Of a DNA stretch of 64,000 nucleotides, positions 38,119 to 52,672 are shown in pieces. The DNA lies in contig CAJNYD010000065.1 of NCBI GenBank assembly GCA_905331295.1, forward strand, positions 1 to 64,000, in the 5' to 3' direction. Made by a program: the position numbers and the translations under genes. How positions within the stretch are numbered: position 1 is the stretch's first letter; every line of letters starts with the position of its first letter. The stretch comes from Rotaria socialis (Eukaryota). Under the pieces are notes generated by a model. The model was not told the origin of the DNA and did not search any database. It worked only from the letters and a program-made list of their open reading frames with translations.

Positions 38119-40108
38119 TCAAACTATATAATTATTTCCTTGATTTTTATTATCATTAGAACGTCGTATGAAAGCTTCTTCCGTATCAGCTCGGCGTATG
38201 AACGCTTCTTCACCATCTGTACGACGTATAAATGCACGTTCATTATCATTGTCAGCTTTACGTATAAAAGCATTTTCACTTTCATTGTCATTTTTACGTA
38301 TGAATGGTTGATCACCGTTCGATGTTTTACGTACAAATGGTGGTTCATCTTTTTCAACGTGACGAACGAATGGTTGATTTGGATTGCCAACATGTCGAAT
38401 GAATGTTCTTTCACGATTATTCTTTTTATCTTCAGTTATAAAATAGATTTCACATAAAGCAAAGCTAACTATATAAGACAAAATAAATTGGAAAAACGCA
38501 ACACGATTTTAAAAAATAGAAATTTAAAATAATATTACCAGCTAAAAATGATGATACCATTGAAGCAACAATAAAATGGTATGACCATGATAAAAATGTA
38601 TAATCAGCTCGAGGCATCCATTTACCAGGAATAGCATCGGCATAGATGCCAAATATAAGAACAGCAAGCAAATTGCAAAACCCTATAATAAAACATAAGT
38701 AATTTATTTTCGGTTAATACTAATTTTTCTCAGGCAGATTTATCTTATAATTTTCAAGGAAATTATATAGTTTATTTTATTTTATGTGCTGTAAATATAT
38801 TACTAGATAAAGATATTTATATAAATGAAGCGATATGAGTCGTCGGAAAAAAATCAAAATACTGTATTCGTTACTGATAGAAACTCTCAACAAAAAAGCG
38901 CAAAATCACACCGGCATTGATGTCAGCCGAAGTCATCTGATATTAATTTTTTCGACTAATGCATACATAGAAGATAACTTCGGCTCATAGATGATTTAAA
39001 ATAAAGTGTAATTAAGATCAACACTAATTAACAAACGAAACAATGCTGAGAAAAAACTAGAGATTTAGTTCTACTCATCGTTTATCAAAAATAATTAACA
39101 TTGCTATTAAGAATGAAATGAAATGCCTTATTTCTACTTACGGATCAGTCGTTTAGGTGGGAAAACTGATGGTTCTATCTTGAGAATGTCAAAAGTATGG
39201 AATCAGAGCTGGGCAAGTCAGAGATTTTCCAAGTCACAAGTCAAGTCAAGTCTGACTTAACTTGACTTGACTTGGGGCATTTTTGACTTGACTTGCCCAG
39301 CTCTGATCCTGGATCATCTTTTTTTAATAAATTTCAATTAATAAAGTAGCTAATTGACAGGATAGTCTATTGAATACATATATAACATTTAGAAATTTTC
39401 TTCCAAACATTACCTATCGAATCTGTGTCTGTTCTGATAGCTTTTATGTTTAGCAATTTACCTTATTGAGCAACCCCTAAAAAATATGTTTTAAGCTTTG
39501 TAAAAGATCAAAAATTTTCTCGATTATTTCATTTTACAATAGAAATTAAAACCATTTCGCTTACAAGCACATGCAGCTAAAATACAACCAATCAATATTG
39601 ACCGACGCGATAAACGATACCGTGTAATGGCAACAACAATCAATGCAATACAACTGAGTATACTGAATATCAAACCAAAACATGCAAATGTTTGAACAGC
39701 AGTAAACCATGCTTAAAATAGATAAAGTCAATAATTGAATAGATTACTATAGAACAAATCGAAATATTAAAATTTACCAGGTGTCAATATTCCATCTTCT
39801 CGTAATCCCCTATATTCACGTGCATATAACCACCAACAACCATAATAAACTTTTCCCCAATAATGTTTTGGATTACGAAAACCAGCAATACATACTTGCC
39901 AAAGTCCTAATTTACGGAATGTTGTATCACCGACACTAGACGATACAAATGGTAATAAAAAAAAAGAATTATTTTCTTTCTAATAAATATACCGAGGCCA
40001 TGCTTGTAACCAATATGGTGTTGAAAAACCAATTAAATCACAAACCAATGAGAATATAGCAAAAAACAAAGCACTGCCCATCCATAATTTTTCTGAGCGC
40101 TTTAACAT
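38119..40108 (-). CDS. Invertebrate claudin-like protein (Megatrachea/Sinuous-type) with a repetitive C-terminal tail, 5 exons
   Basis: MLKRSEKLWMGSALFFAIFSLVCDLIGFSTPYWLQAWP, FRKLGLWQVCIAGF...YYGCWWLY, WFTAVQTF, AVLIFG...WMPRADYTFLSWSY; tail with 8x F[IV]R[HKR], ending YIV. Confidence 0.88.
39205..39305. mobile_element. ~100-bp MITE in a claudin intron
   Basis: Perfect 17-bp TIR cagagctgggcaagtca / tgacttgcccagctctg; internal caagt/acttg pentamer arrays. Confidence 0.85.
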
Positions 40109-40321
40109 TTTAAAATCTAAAACAATGATGTTCTATTTTAATTTTCATTTCATTCTTTTAAATATCATTTTGTATAAATAAGAACAAGTCTAATAAAACA
40201 ATTATGGTAAACAACATCAACTGAGAAGAAAATGACAAACAATAGATGTTTAAAAAAGAAGATACATTAAACGCAAAGATAAATATATGCATTATATCTG
40301 ATTTATCTTGTTTCTTTTTTT

Positions 40322-41750
40322 TTATTGCACTTTTTTTATTACTTTGTCTTTGGCTAATAATAATTCATATTTGTGTTTACTTTTGAACCAAAGAAAAAAT
40401 GGAAAAGCAATACATGGGCTTGCCATTGCTGTAAAAAGTATCCAATCAATCTAAATTAAAAGAAAGAAAATTTTCATTCATTAGAAATCATAGACAAACT
40501 CTTACAATATGTGATGAAAATCGTCGATCATATTCACGATTTGTCATTATGTAAACATTACCGAATTCAGATGAATAAGTTTTCTATGAAAATTAAAACA
40601 AGACGATCGTTATTTATCGTATTCATTTACATGATAAACAAGTTGTTAAGATTTAATTATATTTTCAATTAAATTTTTAGTTTGGATTTGAAAAAAGAAC
40701 AAAACTTTCATTTTCTACAGTTATTACAAAAGCGATAAATATTGTATTTTAGGGATAATATAATATGACTAAGACCTACTATGGAAGATACTATTCAGAA
40801 AAAACGTGAGTCTGTTTTTCTTAAATTTTACAATACAAACTAATCTAGTTGATATTATAACTATAAAAATGTTAGATAGCTTTTATAATTACAACGAAAA
40901 ATAAATACGTCTTTCTTCTAATGTTCAATGTTGCAAGAAAAATAGCTATTAAATACAGAACGATACAATCGTCGAGTCTAATTGACAAGTGATTATTACA
41001 AGAATTCAATATTCATTTTCGTTGAAACGTTTTTTGGCAATTAAGAATAACTATATATCTGATATAAACTCAGAGTTTTTTGTTTTGGATTTTTCAAAAG
41101 AAAAATTTTGTCAAAATCACACTATGAAGTCAAATGTTAAATAAGTAGATCTTTTCAATTCTTAATTAAATTTAGTCTCATTTTATCATTTTATTTGAAA
41201 ATCATAGCATGATTCATTTCTGTCTTCTATTAAACACAGTATCAATGCTTACTTGAATAACCGCATTCTTTTCACTCTTTTGATAGGTAATAATAGCATG
41301 TGAACTATTATTAAAACCGCTTTCCTTTGGTTTAAGAATAACAACATGAGTTACGTTTGCTCCTCTACGTGAATGATAAATAATATTTATTTTTAAAATA
41401 GCCACAAAAGTTGATTTACGGAAGAATTCGTTCCCATTTTGGATTGAGTACACCAACAAACAATTCAAATTTGTCTGCTGGAAAACTACGAACATCATTT
41501 AGATTGACATTGAAAACGGTTCTAAAAAATTAAAAGAAAAGAAAGTTTTCGTTATTATTGCGTAAATTAGTTTTTCTGTTTACGTCGGGCCAGAATTGTA
41601 TAAATCATATTTGATAGTTAATTCCTTATTCTGTACAATAAAACGATTGAGTGTTTGCTTGGTAACAAATAAAAATGATTCTTCATCGTCCGTTTGACAG
41701 AATACAACAGCTATCAATGCAAGAAATGTCAATGATATTTTAAGGAACAT
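40322..41750 (-). CDS. SSR2: Translocon-associated protein beta (TRAP-beta), 5 exons
   Basis: Signal peptide, then LFVTKQTLNRFIVQNKELTIKYDLYNSG, KWERILPGANVTHVVILKP, REYDRRFSSHIIDWILF...FPFFLWFKSKHKYE. Confidence 0.93.
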
Positions 41751-43423
41751 TATCAAAGAGCTTTTTGATATATTGAAGGACAAAATGATCGTTCTACTAT
41801 ATCAAAGTTTATTGTCAAATGAGTAAACAAAAATATTTTTTAGCGATATATATAAATTCATTCCAGAAAAATGATTAGAAAAACAGAATCAGAAAATGTG
41901 AAATATTTTTCTAAATGAAAAAATTAGAAATAAATTTTCATTTACGAAAGATGTCACTGTTAAATGTTTTGATAATAGCGCTACTTTCAATGCAATTAAA
42001 ATGCAGATTTCATTGCCTATATGGATAGTTTTCGCCAATCAGTGATGTAAAGATATAGTACAGTAACATGAATACAATACCTTGTACGAAAGAAAGAAGA
42101 ACGCAAGGTAAGTGTTGTGTATCAATCAAACAAATAATGATCACCTGATTGGTGACATAGCTTTTGTGAGAAGTAGTCGAAGTCATCTGGTTTAGTATCT
42201 TTTATTGACGTTTCATTAACTTTAAAGTTGGAATAAAAAATGGAATGCAAATACATCACTGACATTAACTTCATAAAATGATTTTATTTGAAAGAAATAA
42301 TTCAATACAATCCGTAAATATATCTTATGCTAATAAAAAAAAAAATTTTTTTTTTCTATCAATCATTATACTCAAAAGATATATATTGAAGTAATTTTGT
42401 GAGCAAAGAACAAAGCAAATTATGGAAAAAATATATTCAGTAATTACTGAACATATTAAGTAACATAATGATGTCTTAAGAACGTGTCACAAACTTTCGT
42501 TAGTGGCTACTTTTTTGTCTGCGGTGGTAAACGAATAACTTTTTCGTTCAGTTTAGTGACTGAAAGTTAATAAAATAAAGAATAGTTTACGTAGTTGAGT
42601 GTAACTCATTTTTGTTTTTTATTAACTTTTTATTTTTAATTTCAGATGATAATCAAATCCATTGACAAATTACTAATTATGTATTGAGCTATTTTTATTT
42701 TTGCATATGTCAATAACTGAATGGCTTGCGTGTAGTGATGAAGACAAAGCAATGGTCCACATCTATGAAATAATATATACAAATATAGATATATTTTAGT
42801 ATTAAAAAGATGTAGGTTTGGCTGAGAAGTTACTTATCATTTTTATACTTCTTTTTTTTGGATAAATAGTACCCATTTATAATATCCAATCTTCACTCGC
42901 AATGGTAGCAATTGTCTAGCAGCTATGAAGATCAATTGTATGAGCCCTAATCCATTTCGGATTGTTTTAATCTGGTAGTTCTCTTAATATCCTCAAAAAT
43001 ATGAGTGCTAAAATGATGAATCTCTGACCAAAACTGACATGAAAGTCATTCAACAAAAAAAGGAATGTTTCTATAATAAAACATCAGACTTACTGTACAT
43101 TATAAAATCTAGTTTTCTCATTCAAAGAGCGAATGCAAAAAGATTTAATATTATAAATACATTTGCACATATCATCATTCAGCCCTATCGCTTCTTTTTC
43201 AGCCAAGACAGGAAAACTATGAACAATTTTTTCACAAGTGTCTTCGTTCTTTCCGATTCCTATGCTAAACTGTGTCAATAATCTTTTGACAATTCTACTT
43301 TTTTAATGATTCATTAGATTTATTACAATGACTTTACTTTACTACGTTTTTTTAAGATAAATGTTACTTTTCTTCTATCTTGGTATCATACGTTTTCGGT
43401 CTATTTAATTTCTAAATGTTTTC

Positions 43424-46400
43424 ATGAATGCGGCTTGTGCACTGCAGCATTTTTGTGATATACATGGACCACAAATATTATTGTGTACAGAAGGAAGAAC
43501 GTACACCCATGATTTAAATGATACTGACAACGACGGTCTAAAAGCATTTTATGCTCAATACATTAAAACAGAACATTCTCAAGAAAAATTGGAGTGCAAA
43601 GTAAAAATAACTTTTTTCAGCATGTCTTTGTTTTATTCATTGAACTTTTTTATAGTCATGTACATTATCGTCCGATGTTGTTCTTGTTTCAACAACTGAT
43701 TCAATCAATCAAATGCTATATATTTCAGCATCATCAACACCTAATCAAGAATTATTTAAAAATATACGTAATGCTTGTGTACGAAGTTTAACTATTGAAG
43801 TAAGTACTTTTTATCGAAAAAACTGGAATTCTACAGATCCACTTACGTTAGTTTAGTAATCGTTTTTCTTTTATTGCTACATTTCATTGACAAGAAGTTT
43901 CGTTCAATTGTTTTCATAAATGAAAGTGTTAGCAATCAATTTTACTTATGAAAAAGAAAAATCTAATTCAGTTAATTGATGACTAGAATACCATTTCACT
44001 CTTATTCGTTTCTATATCAATAAGATATCTATTCTATTTTTAAATAGAAATCTACTGAAAATGGTCATCCAGTTCTGTTTGGTGATGATGCAAGCGGTTA
44101 TTGTTTATCGTTAACATTTTCTTGTAAAGATTTTCATGCACGTGGAAGTCAACGACTCTATTCTCTATGTTACTTATGTACTGATAGATATCATATGATT
44201 TCTTTGATGAGATTTATTAGTGATTGTATGAGACAAGCTGTAGATTGGTTACAACATGATGCGGATACCACCTATGAACAAGAAGCACGTATTAAGGTAA
44301 ATACAAAGTTAAATGCAACAACAGAAACCTATATAATTCGCCCGCCACCTCGTTTACCATTACAACGTATGTTAATTGATGTTGTACATGATTCAAAAAT
44401 AGCATATCGTATTCATGCATTATTTGTTTGGATTCTTCGAACGGGTCATTCAGTAATTAGTGAATCCCTTTTTGACGCTTTACCAACAGAAGAACAAACA
44501 ACAAAACAAGAGAGACACGGTAAATTTAATTTCAAGAGTTTGCAGCGTAAAGTGTTTTGTTGTTTTTTTCATTAGATGCATGTGGAAATGAATATATAAG
44601 AAAAGATCGATCAACAACTGTAATTGAAACATCACCAGTAATATTAGCAAATAATATTCCAGATTATTTTACTACCAAACTTTATTCAACTATCGATAGT
44701 TATAATACTAATGACAATGACTTTAGTGATCGTGATGATGATGATGATTATGATTCGTTAGAATATCAATTTTCATCATATGGTTGTAAAGCATTACAAC
44801 TATTTAGAGACTTCAGTCAAAAATTAAAAAGTTTAAAACATTTACAATATATACTATATAATTGGATAATTGGAAATCAATTAATTATTAAATATACAAA
44901 TAGCACTGACAATAAAGAAATCATTCGAGCCATTGCAAGCGTTTTTCGGGTAAGAACAAAAGCAAAGTGTAAATTGAAAATTGTTTGTTGTTTTTTCTGT
45001 AGCTGTTTTTGCCAGATGGTTGTTGTCGTTTAATGGAAACAACAAATTCAATCCCATCATATGAAGTTAATCTTATTTTATTTGATACAGATTTAATACT
45101 TACAGAATCTGATGAGATAGAAGCAAATAATGATAATAGTTCAATTATTATTAAAATTATTATTGATAACATCGATGATTCTATTCAAGAAGCTAAATTA
45201 GAGACATTGCCAGTGTTAAAATCCGATATTATTGGTAAGTTAGACTACGAAGAGAGAAAAGAAAAGACTATTTTTTTTCCATTTAGTACCAACTTATGTC
45301 AAAACAATTGTTGAATTATTAGCTGACAATAGTTTAGACGATGAAGCGTTTGACGCTATTATTACACAACATAAGATTAAATATTTAAAGTAAGTTATTG
45401 AATAAAAAATATCCTTTTTTTTTTGGAATTATTATGATTGTGTTCGGACAAGAAAAAAAATGGAACAATGATGAATAGGTTAATTAGTGATATCATTTTA
45501 CATTAAAGTGGCCTATGATTTTTCGAACCAGAAAATTTCAAAAAATAAGCCGATAAATATTGCTGATATATTTCGAAGTCTATTTGATTTTGATTGTAAT
45601 GATTCCCTAGCTACTGTTATAATTAGTTTAGATTCAATTACCTTTCAAAGAGTCTGATAACTAAGAAGAGATGTGATTTTTCTTCATTTAAAGTATAAAT
45701 AAATCATATACAGATATGATTTAATTACTTACACTAAAAGCTAATTTCATGGTTGATGTATATAAAATAACAATTGACCTATGGAACACATAGACTGAGA
45801 ATCTTATTGATAGGAAATGACTAAATGTCGGTATGAAAAATTTTGATTGTTTGAAATGTTACGAATAAATACGATCTTTATTGGTTATCAAATTGTAAAA
45901 TTCACTTTAGATAAGTTATGAAAAATTAGGTAGATAACAATAACGGCGCGTATAATATTCTTTGTAGATTAGAAATAATTTACTAGAAATTTTCATTTAT
46001 ACTTACGAGGGAACCGTAACTTTGAAACCGAGCAGCAATGGAACGAACCCTTTCAGGTATTTCATATATATGACCGGCCCTACAAACCAGCAAAAGATGA
46101 ATCGAAATGGTGCGAATCACTTGAGAATGTTCCCTCGTTAGATTATAAACTACTTGTCTTGACACCGATTTCTACTAAAACTAATTGAGTTTCTTTAGTT
46201 GTTACAATGATGAAGATTTTGATCAATTTTACACTGTCACCGTTTAGCGCATAAATTCTATAAATATTCTAAATTATTTTAACATGAGAAAAAGAATCGC
46301 TTATCTTGCTTGGAACTTTTTATTTGAATACTTGTACACAGTTTTCGGATAGAAATTTTTAGTTCTTCTAATAAAATCAAGTGAAAGTGAAAGTGAAAGT

Positions 46401-46864
46401 CTCAAACATAAAGGCTTCGAAAAGTTTTAAAATCTATTTCGGTCATGTGAGGTTGATGAAGGTATAGAATAATTCAAATGCTATATTCGATATTCTCAAA
46501 ATAGGATGATGCATAAAATTCAGAGACCAAATGTATTGAAATTTAAAAGATTATGTTGTTGAAAGTTTATTTCATGAAAAGAACTACGGGGTTTCACAAT
46601 ATACGTATGTCATTTTTACTTTTTAGTAAATCAAAACTTTATTTTCAAATGGGTCGCTGTAGAATCGCATCAACTTCATCAATAAGTGAAGACCAGCAAA
46701 TGAATATATTGCATATTAGAAATCCTAGTGACTTGATGATGATTCGATTTTGGCAAAAAGGACTTTCAAATTCATATCAAGCTCAAATACGTATCTTAAT
46801 ACAAGATGATAATCAACAACAACACAAAACGCAAGAAAATAATAATAAAATAAATCATACATAG
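43424..46864 (+). CDS. FLCN: Folliculin, multi-exon
   Basis: MNAACALQHFCDIHGPQILLCTE, IRNACVRSLTIE, PVLFGDDASGYCLSLTFSCKDFHARGSQRLYSL, YNWIIGNQLI, KSKLYFQ...DLMMIRFWQKGLS. Confidence 0.95.
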
Positions 46865-49652
46865 ATATTTTTTGTATAAAATCGAACGATTTCTATCCGG
46901 TGATATTTATATCTCTTCGTTTTATTTTTCATTAGCTATTAGACAAAATATAAGAGTTGTATATATTGTTTTCGTTATTTACTCACACAAATGGTATATT
47001 CGACATTTGACTTACTCAATTATTTGCGTATCTTTTTCTATTGTATGTAATGACTAAGATAATAGTCTTAACCATATTGTGCGTGTTTCCTTCGATTAGA
47101 GCTATATTCAGTGTGCTGCTTTACTGTTAGCTAATGTATTTTTTCTACTCCTGTTTAACGAGAGTTTTTAAGTAACAAAGATAAAACTATAAAAACGTTT
47201 GCTGAATTTAATACTATAAAAAGAAGAACCAACGATTACACACATTGCCACCTAAATATGGTGTAATGAGCAATATATTCTCAATTTAATACTTATACGC
47301 TATAATTTTCACGTGAAATTTAAGTTATTCAATATATTTATAGCGCTGCATGAAAAAAAACTCATCAATTACAAAGTTCTAAACGGAACTTAATTGTGGA
47401 TTGTATGCAAAAAAAGTTTAGATTTTTTACTCGGGTAACTGATTCCTACGTAATATTTTCACAAAGGATCTATCAAGATCAAGATCTCAGTATCGGTTGA
47501 TCTCTAATTTTCATACTTAACAATTTCTGTAAACTTCATTGACTAGAAAAATTTCTACGCAACATTTAGTCGTTTTCTTTCAGTTTATTTTCATTCTATT
47601 GTTGAAATAAGACTTTGTATCAAATCCAAAATTGTTGCTGGTACCTAAACATGGCAACCAAAACAGATAACGATGATTCTATTAGTTGATAGAATTTTTC
47701 ATTTTCACTTAGTAGAAATAATTGGCAGCAATTAATAATCAATGGGGAAAAAATCAAGTGAATGATATTCTTTTAGTCACGTGAACTATTTGAAGCGAAT
47801 GAATAAAAACTCTATCGTGATTACACATCGTGAAATACGCTCAGTCTTTTCGATTTAAATGAAACCCAATTATGAACAAGGCATTATACTTTCCTTCTAA
47901 GACCATGAGAAAAATCATTTCTTTAAAAATAGATCTGATAACATCAATTTCGATTCATGTTAGTGTGCGAAATTGTTTCGAAATTGGTATGATTCACTAT
48001 TCAATGAATAACATATGACGTTATTCAGCATTGAAAATAGACTAACGAGAGGATTTTCAAGCAAATTATTGTAATCAATAGAATATATATTGTTGAGAAC
48101 AGCTATTAATAATTGCAAAACTACTAACTATAAATAGGATACGAAATGGTTAAAATACTTTCTGTCCATTCAATGCTTGTTTATAGATAGACTTGTACTG
48201 ATATCATGCTCTATTAGTAAAAGATTAAGTAATAGAAAACAATTAAAATCATTTTTTTAAATAAAAATCAAAGAAATGCACTTAAGTCATGCAGCATTTG
48301 TCAAATTATACACAATTTAGTATGAGTAATCAAGTTTGAATAATGAATATTCACATGCGAAATCATTAAAAACTTATCTAAATATCTTCGCAGTTATATT
48401 AACAATTAGTGACTCTGGTATGCTACTATTTGGTAATAAATGAAAATGAATAAATTTCATTTTAAAGTCAACTCTACTTTGAATAAATTCATAACCACTT
48501 TCGAGATAGTTTTCATTCATCAATCTTTTGCGTATATATTAAATGTCGAAACTCATCAGCTGTAATGAATTAACTTAGTCTAGATTTTTTCTTCAATTAT
48601 CTGAAGACTTAATTAAATATGTCAGAAATAGACTTTGTCAAATCGAATCGTGTTTTTTTTTCAATGCTTCAATGTATTTCTGATTTGTAAATAGACAAAA
48701 TGGTTCTAAAATGTCATTTTTTAAATAAAATATTTTTATTTGAACAAGTTAATTGCGGCAAAGAAAGAATAAATTCAAAAGCTGCCTATTTCACTGTGAA
48801 AAGTCTACTTCTCAGAATGCGAAACTAATTCGATGAGAATTCATTGTAACGTAAAATAGCTTCTAACAAAGATATTCGAAATAAAATTAACAATATTTTT
48901 CGGAACAATTTCTTTTCATTATATTTTTGCATAAAAAAAAAATTTCTTGATATAAAATTCTAATAAATTCACTTACCAAATCTTCATATATACATAGCTA
49001 TAAAATTCTTTGATTCTCTGCTTGATCATTCAATTAAAACTTAACTATGATTATTATTTCTTATCCTTAACTTCAAAAATGCACGATATTGTAATTATTT
49101 TTTTTGAAAAGAACTCATTCCAAAAACTTTTGAGATCCTTAGCTTCNNNNNNNNNNNNNNNNNNNNNNNNNNNNNNNNNNNNNNNNNNNNNNNNNNNNNN
49201 NNNNNNNNNNNNNNNNNNNNNNNNNNNNNNNNNNNNNNNNNNNNNNNNNNNNNNNNNNNNNNNNNNNNNNNNNNNNNNNGGTATAACTTGTTTTGTATGA
49301 ACAGAAATTTAATTGAAAGTATTTTTAGTACATAGTTCATGCATAATCAATTTTATGGCGTGCGAATGATGAATATTTTACAAACTAAATGATATTTTTG
49401 ATGAAGTATGTTTACAAGGATAGAAAAAGCGTAAGAAAAATAAATTGAATATTAAAATGTCAGTTAACACGAAAATAATACAAAACAGTGCTTTTTATTT
49501 TATTATGGAACTATTACAAAACGCAAAAGAAGATCACTAAAAAATAGAAACAAAAACGAGTCTTTCGTTTGTTCATTAAGTTCATAAGACAAACGTCATT
49601 AATCATGAATTATCTTTCTCATGTTGATTTCAATATATTACTTATTTTCTTT

Positions 49653-49961
49653 CAGCAGTGTTCAAGAACTGAGAAATAGGGATTCTCAATGTACCGAGGA
49701 GTTACCCTTGTTGCTGTGATAATCCCTAGAGGAAATGAGAATCAACTGTCAGTTCTCTCACAGTTCCATCATTCACGAAATTGCGATATTGTGGTTTTAA
49801 AAATAATTTTTGCATGAAACTATTGAGTCTCACAATTTTACAAGTAAAAAGGAGTGTAAAACAAAAATTATCGTGAATGTTCCATATTTTTACCTTTAGC
49901 ATGCAAAGAACTTTAGGGGAACTGATGAGGAATTCCTAATCCTCAACTCTTGGACATCCCT
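49653..49961. mobile_element. Degenerate MITE
   Basis: gtgttcaagaactgagaaatagggattctca versus tgaggaattcctaatcctcaactcttggacat (imperfect TIRs); no clear TSD. Confidence 0.6.
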
Positions 49962-51219
49962 CTTTTCTTTTCTTTTCCTTCTCAAGACAACATTAGTAGA
50001 GGAAAATTTGTAGTGAAATGTCGTGTATTCGCTCTTCTTGAAGATAATATTTTTGAGTTAAATTATGATTTATAATGCAAATATAAATATTATCCTGACA
50101 TTTTTTTTCTATCTAAAGAGAAGATTTTTTTATTTGATAAATCTATCATTTGATCCAAATCATTTTTCTAGTATTACATTGATATTTTCCATTTTTGTTC
50201 TACATTGGTTTGACAAAGAGAAAACTAGCAGTTTATATTGTTGTCTTACATAAAATTAGAAATGACATGAATACACTCGAAGATACACAAAATCAATTAA
50301 AATAAACAGAAGAAATAGAATCAGATAAAGATGAAGATACTTGCTCGTGACTCCATGCATACCAATATTTTCTATTAATAAATGTCATTCCAATGGTTTA
50401 ATTAAGAGACAAGCAAGTTTGATAATAATTTGCAATGATTCAAACGCAATAAAACAACGAATCAAATGTTTTATATTTCCTGTTAAAAAATATTGATTCA
50501 CTTTTCGATCTGTTATTAGTGGATAGTTTTGTATCTCTTGTGAACTCGATGCAGTATCATTAATAATTGAACTACAAGTCTGGTTCGCTCAATTTTCCTC
50601 AGAGAAGAAGATAAGCTTGCACGACATATACAAAACTATCATGCAAATCGTCGTATGTGCCATTTAATGTGGTTTTGTCGCATGATATGCACTCCCAAAA
50701 CTGTAATGTATCAAATGCAAATGTTACTTCTCTGCTATAGAAATCGTTTCATATACACGTATAATCTTTTAAAACTAATAGATTTTTTTCTAATAGAAAT
50801 TTAATTTTCTTTCAACTGAATACTGAAAACAATCTAAGATATTTTCTAAACATAAATACAAGTAGAGAAGAACGTAAGAATATCTTAAGCTAATTGAATG
50901 TTGAAAACATTATTCAATTATGTAAACTACGAGTATTCGTACGTGCAGTAAAATATTTGCTATTATAGATCTTTCGAAAACGTTTGTTTTCTTTTCATAT
51001 TAGCAATGATACATAAGATAAATGTCTGCACTGAAATCGAGCACAACGTTTAAAAGCTAAATTTCTTAATTCTTCTTACTATCAAGAGAACAAGAACTTA
51101 TCTACATGAGCTGGCAACATAGAAGCCTAGACAAAGTAAATTTATGATTAATTGTTTGTTTAATGAAGAAAAGAATATACATGAAACAACTTATTGAAAA
51201 AAAACAGCAATTTATACAA

Positions 51220-52672
51220 TCAAGATTTTAATAGAGTTTTTAGTGTACATTGTTTCATCGATTTAGTTTTTCGTAGATAAATATCTTTAAAATGATTTCG
51301 AAACATATGCGATGATAAATAATAATAAAATAAATTAACTGAATGTGTGATAAGTAATGGTACGATTGATAAATAATTCATAGCTTGCCAAAATTTTCTT
51401 ACTTGTTCATCATAATTATATGTTTGAATTCTTATTGTTGATATACAATTTGGTAATGTACAAAATATAAAACTAATTGATATTGCTAGTAAACTTATTG
51501 TTATTTGTAATTGTACGCACAGTTTTTGAGAATATGTTGATGGTGAAGATAACTGTGAATCATATGGCGGAATTTCACGATCAGCATAAAAATCTATAGG
51601 AATGTTTCGTATCGATGATGGCTGAATGATACTAATACGTTCGTCACCGTTTAATAGTAGTTTTTCTGGTAAACCATTTTTTCGTTCCGATTGCATTTCA
51701 ACTAAAAATCAAATGACTCAAAACTTTTTATAGGAATTGCAAAAATAACTACTGACAATTTAAATCAATTGATTTACTTATCATTTGATTGTCAAGTACC
51801 GTTACAAACAAATTACGTTTAGTTTCGTTTGGATTTCGTTGGAATTTAACTTCATGTTTATTATTATTATTATTTATCATCATCATTTTTTTTCTTTTCT
51901 CACGTTTATTTGAAAAGCAACCATTAGCTAAGTTTACCATTGAATCTTCATTGAGATGGTTTGGTGATAACATCGATCGTTTCTTTTCATATTTTGTTTT
52001 CATAATTGATTTTTTGTGGCAAACATTTAGAACAATAAATAAATTACAAATCGATATTATTGTAAACGGTATTATAGAATACGATAAAAGATAAACAATA
52101 TTCAAATTTGAATATGAATTTTCATACCATTTATAGTATCTTATACTACAATAGCCATTTGAATCAATAGTATAACCAATTAAATAATGTGAATTTATTA
52201 GTGACAATGTTAATATAACGAATATACAAACATATTTCGATATATTAGCTGAACAACTGTAACGATATAACGATAAACATGATGTCGCAACAAGACGATC
52301 AATTGATAAACATGCTAATAAGCCAGCAGATATTTGACAGGATAGATAATTAAGAAAAACTATTAATTTACAGAATAATATATTCCAATTTAGAATATAA
52401 ATTTCAAATGTTAGTAAAAATATGAGTGGTGCAGTAACAACTACATAGATTGTATCAAATATAGCAATAGATATAAAATACCATTTTGATGAAGATCGAC
52501 TATAGATACGTGATTGAAAAACACGAATACATATCCAATTTGCTATAGGACAAAAAACAATTAATAATGGACAAATAATACGTAATGGCCAGAGAGATAA
52601 TTGTAGTAATTGACTTGTCGAATCTAATGTATTATTAAATGAGTTTATTGTCGTATTCTTGATGAAGGACAT
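51220..52672 (-). CDS. Class A GPCR (orphan, peptide-receptor-like) with long ICL3, 2 coding exons
   Basis: PIAN (TM1), IAIFD (TM2), CKLIVFLNY...LSIDRL (TM3), YSIIPF (TM5), FIFCTLP (TM6), HSVNLFYYYLSSHMFR (TM7 and helix 8); intron about 51702-51777. Confidence 0.92.

Noticed and set aside
42880..43281. Short ORFs upstream of FLCN that might be a transposase or gene remnant
   Set aside because: No recognisable motif; multiple stops in the extended frames.
46005..46138. 10-bp inverted repeat acgagggaac/gttccctcgt in a FLCN intron (mariner-like end)
   Set aside because: The repeat is short and a TA duplication is present on one side only.
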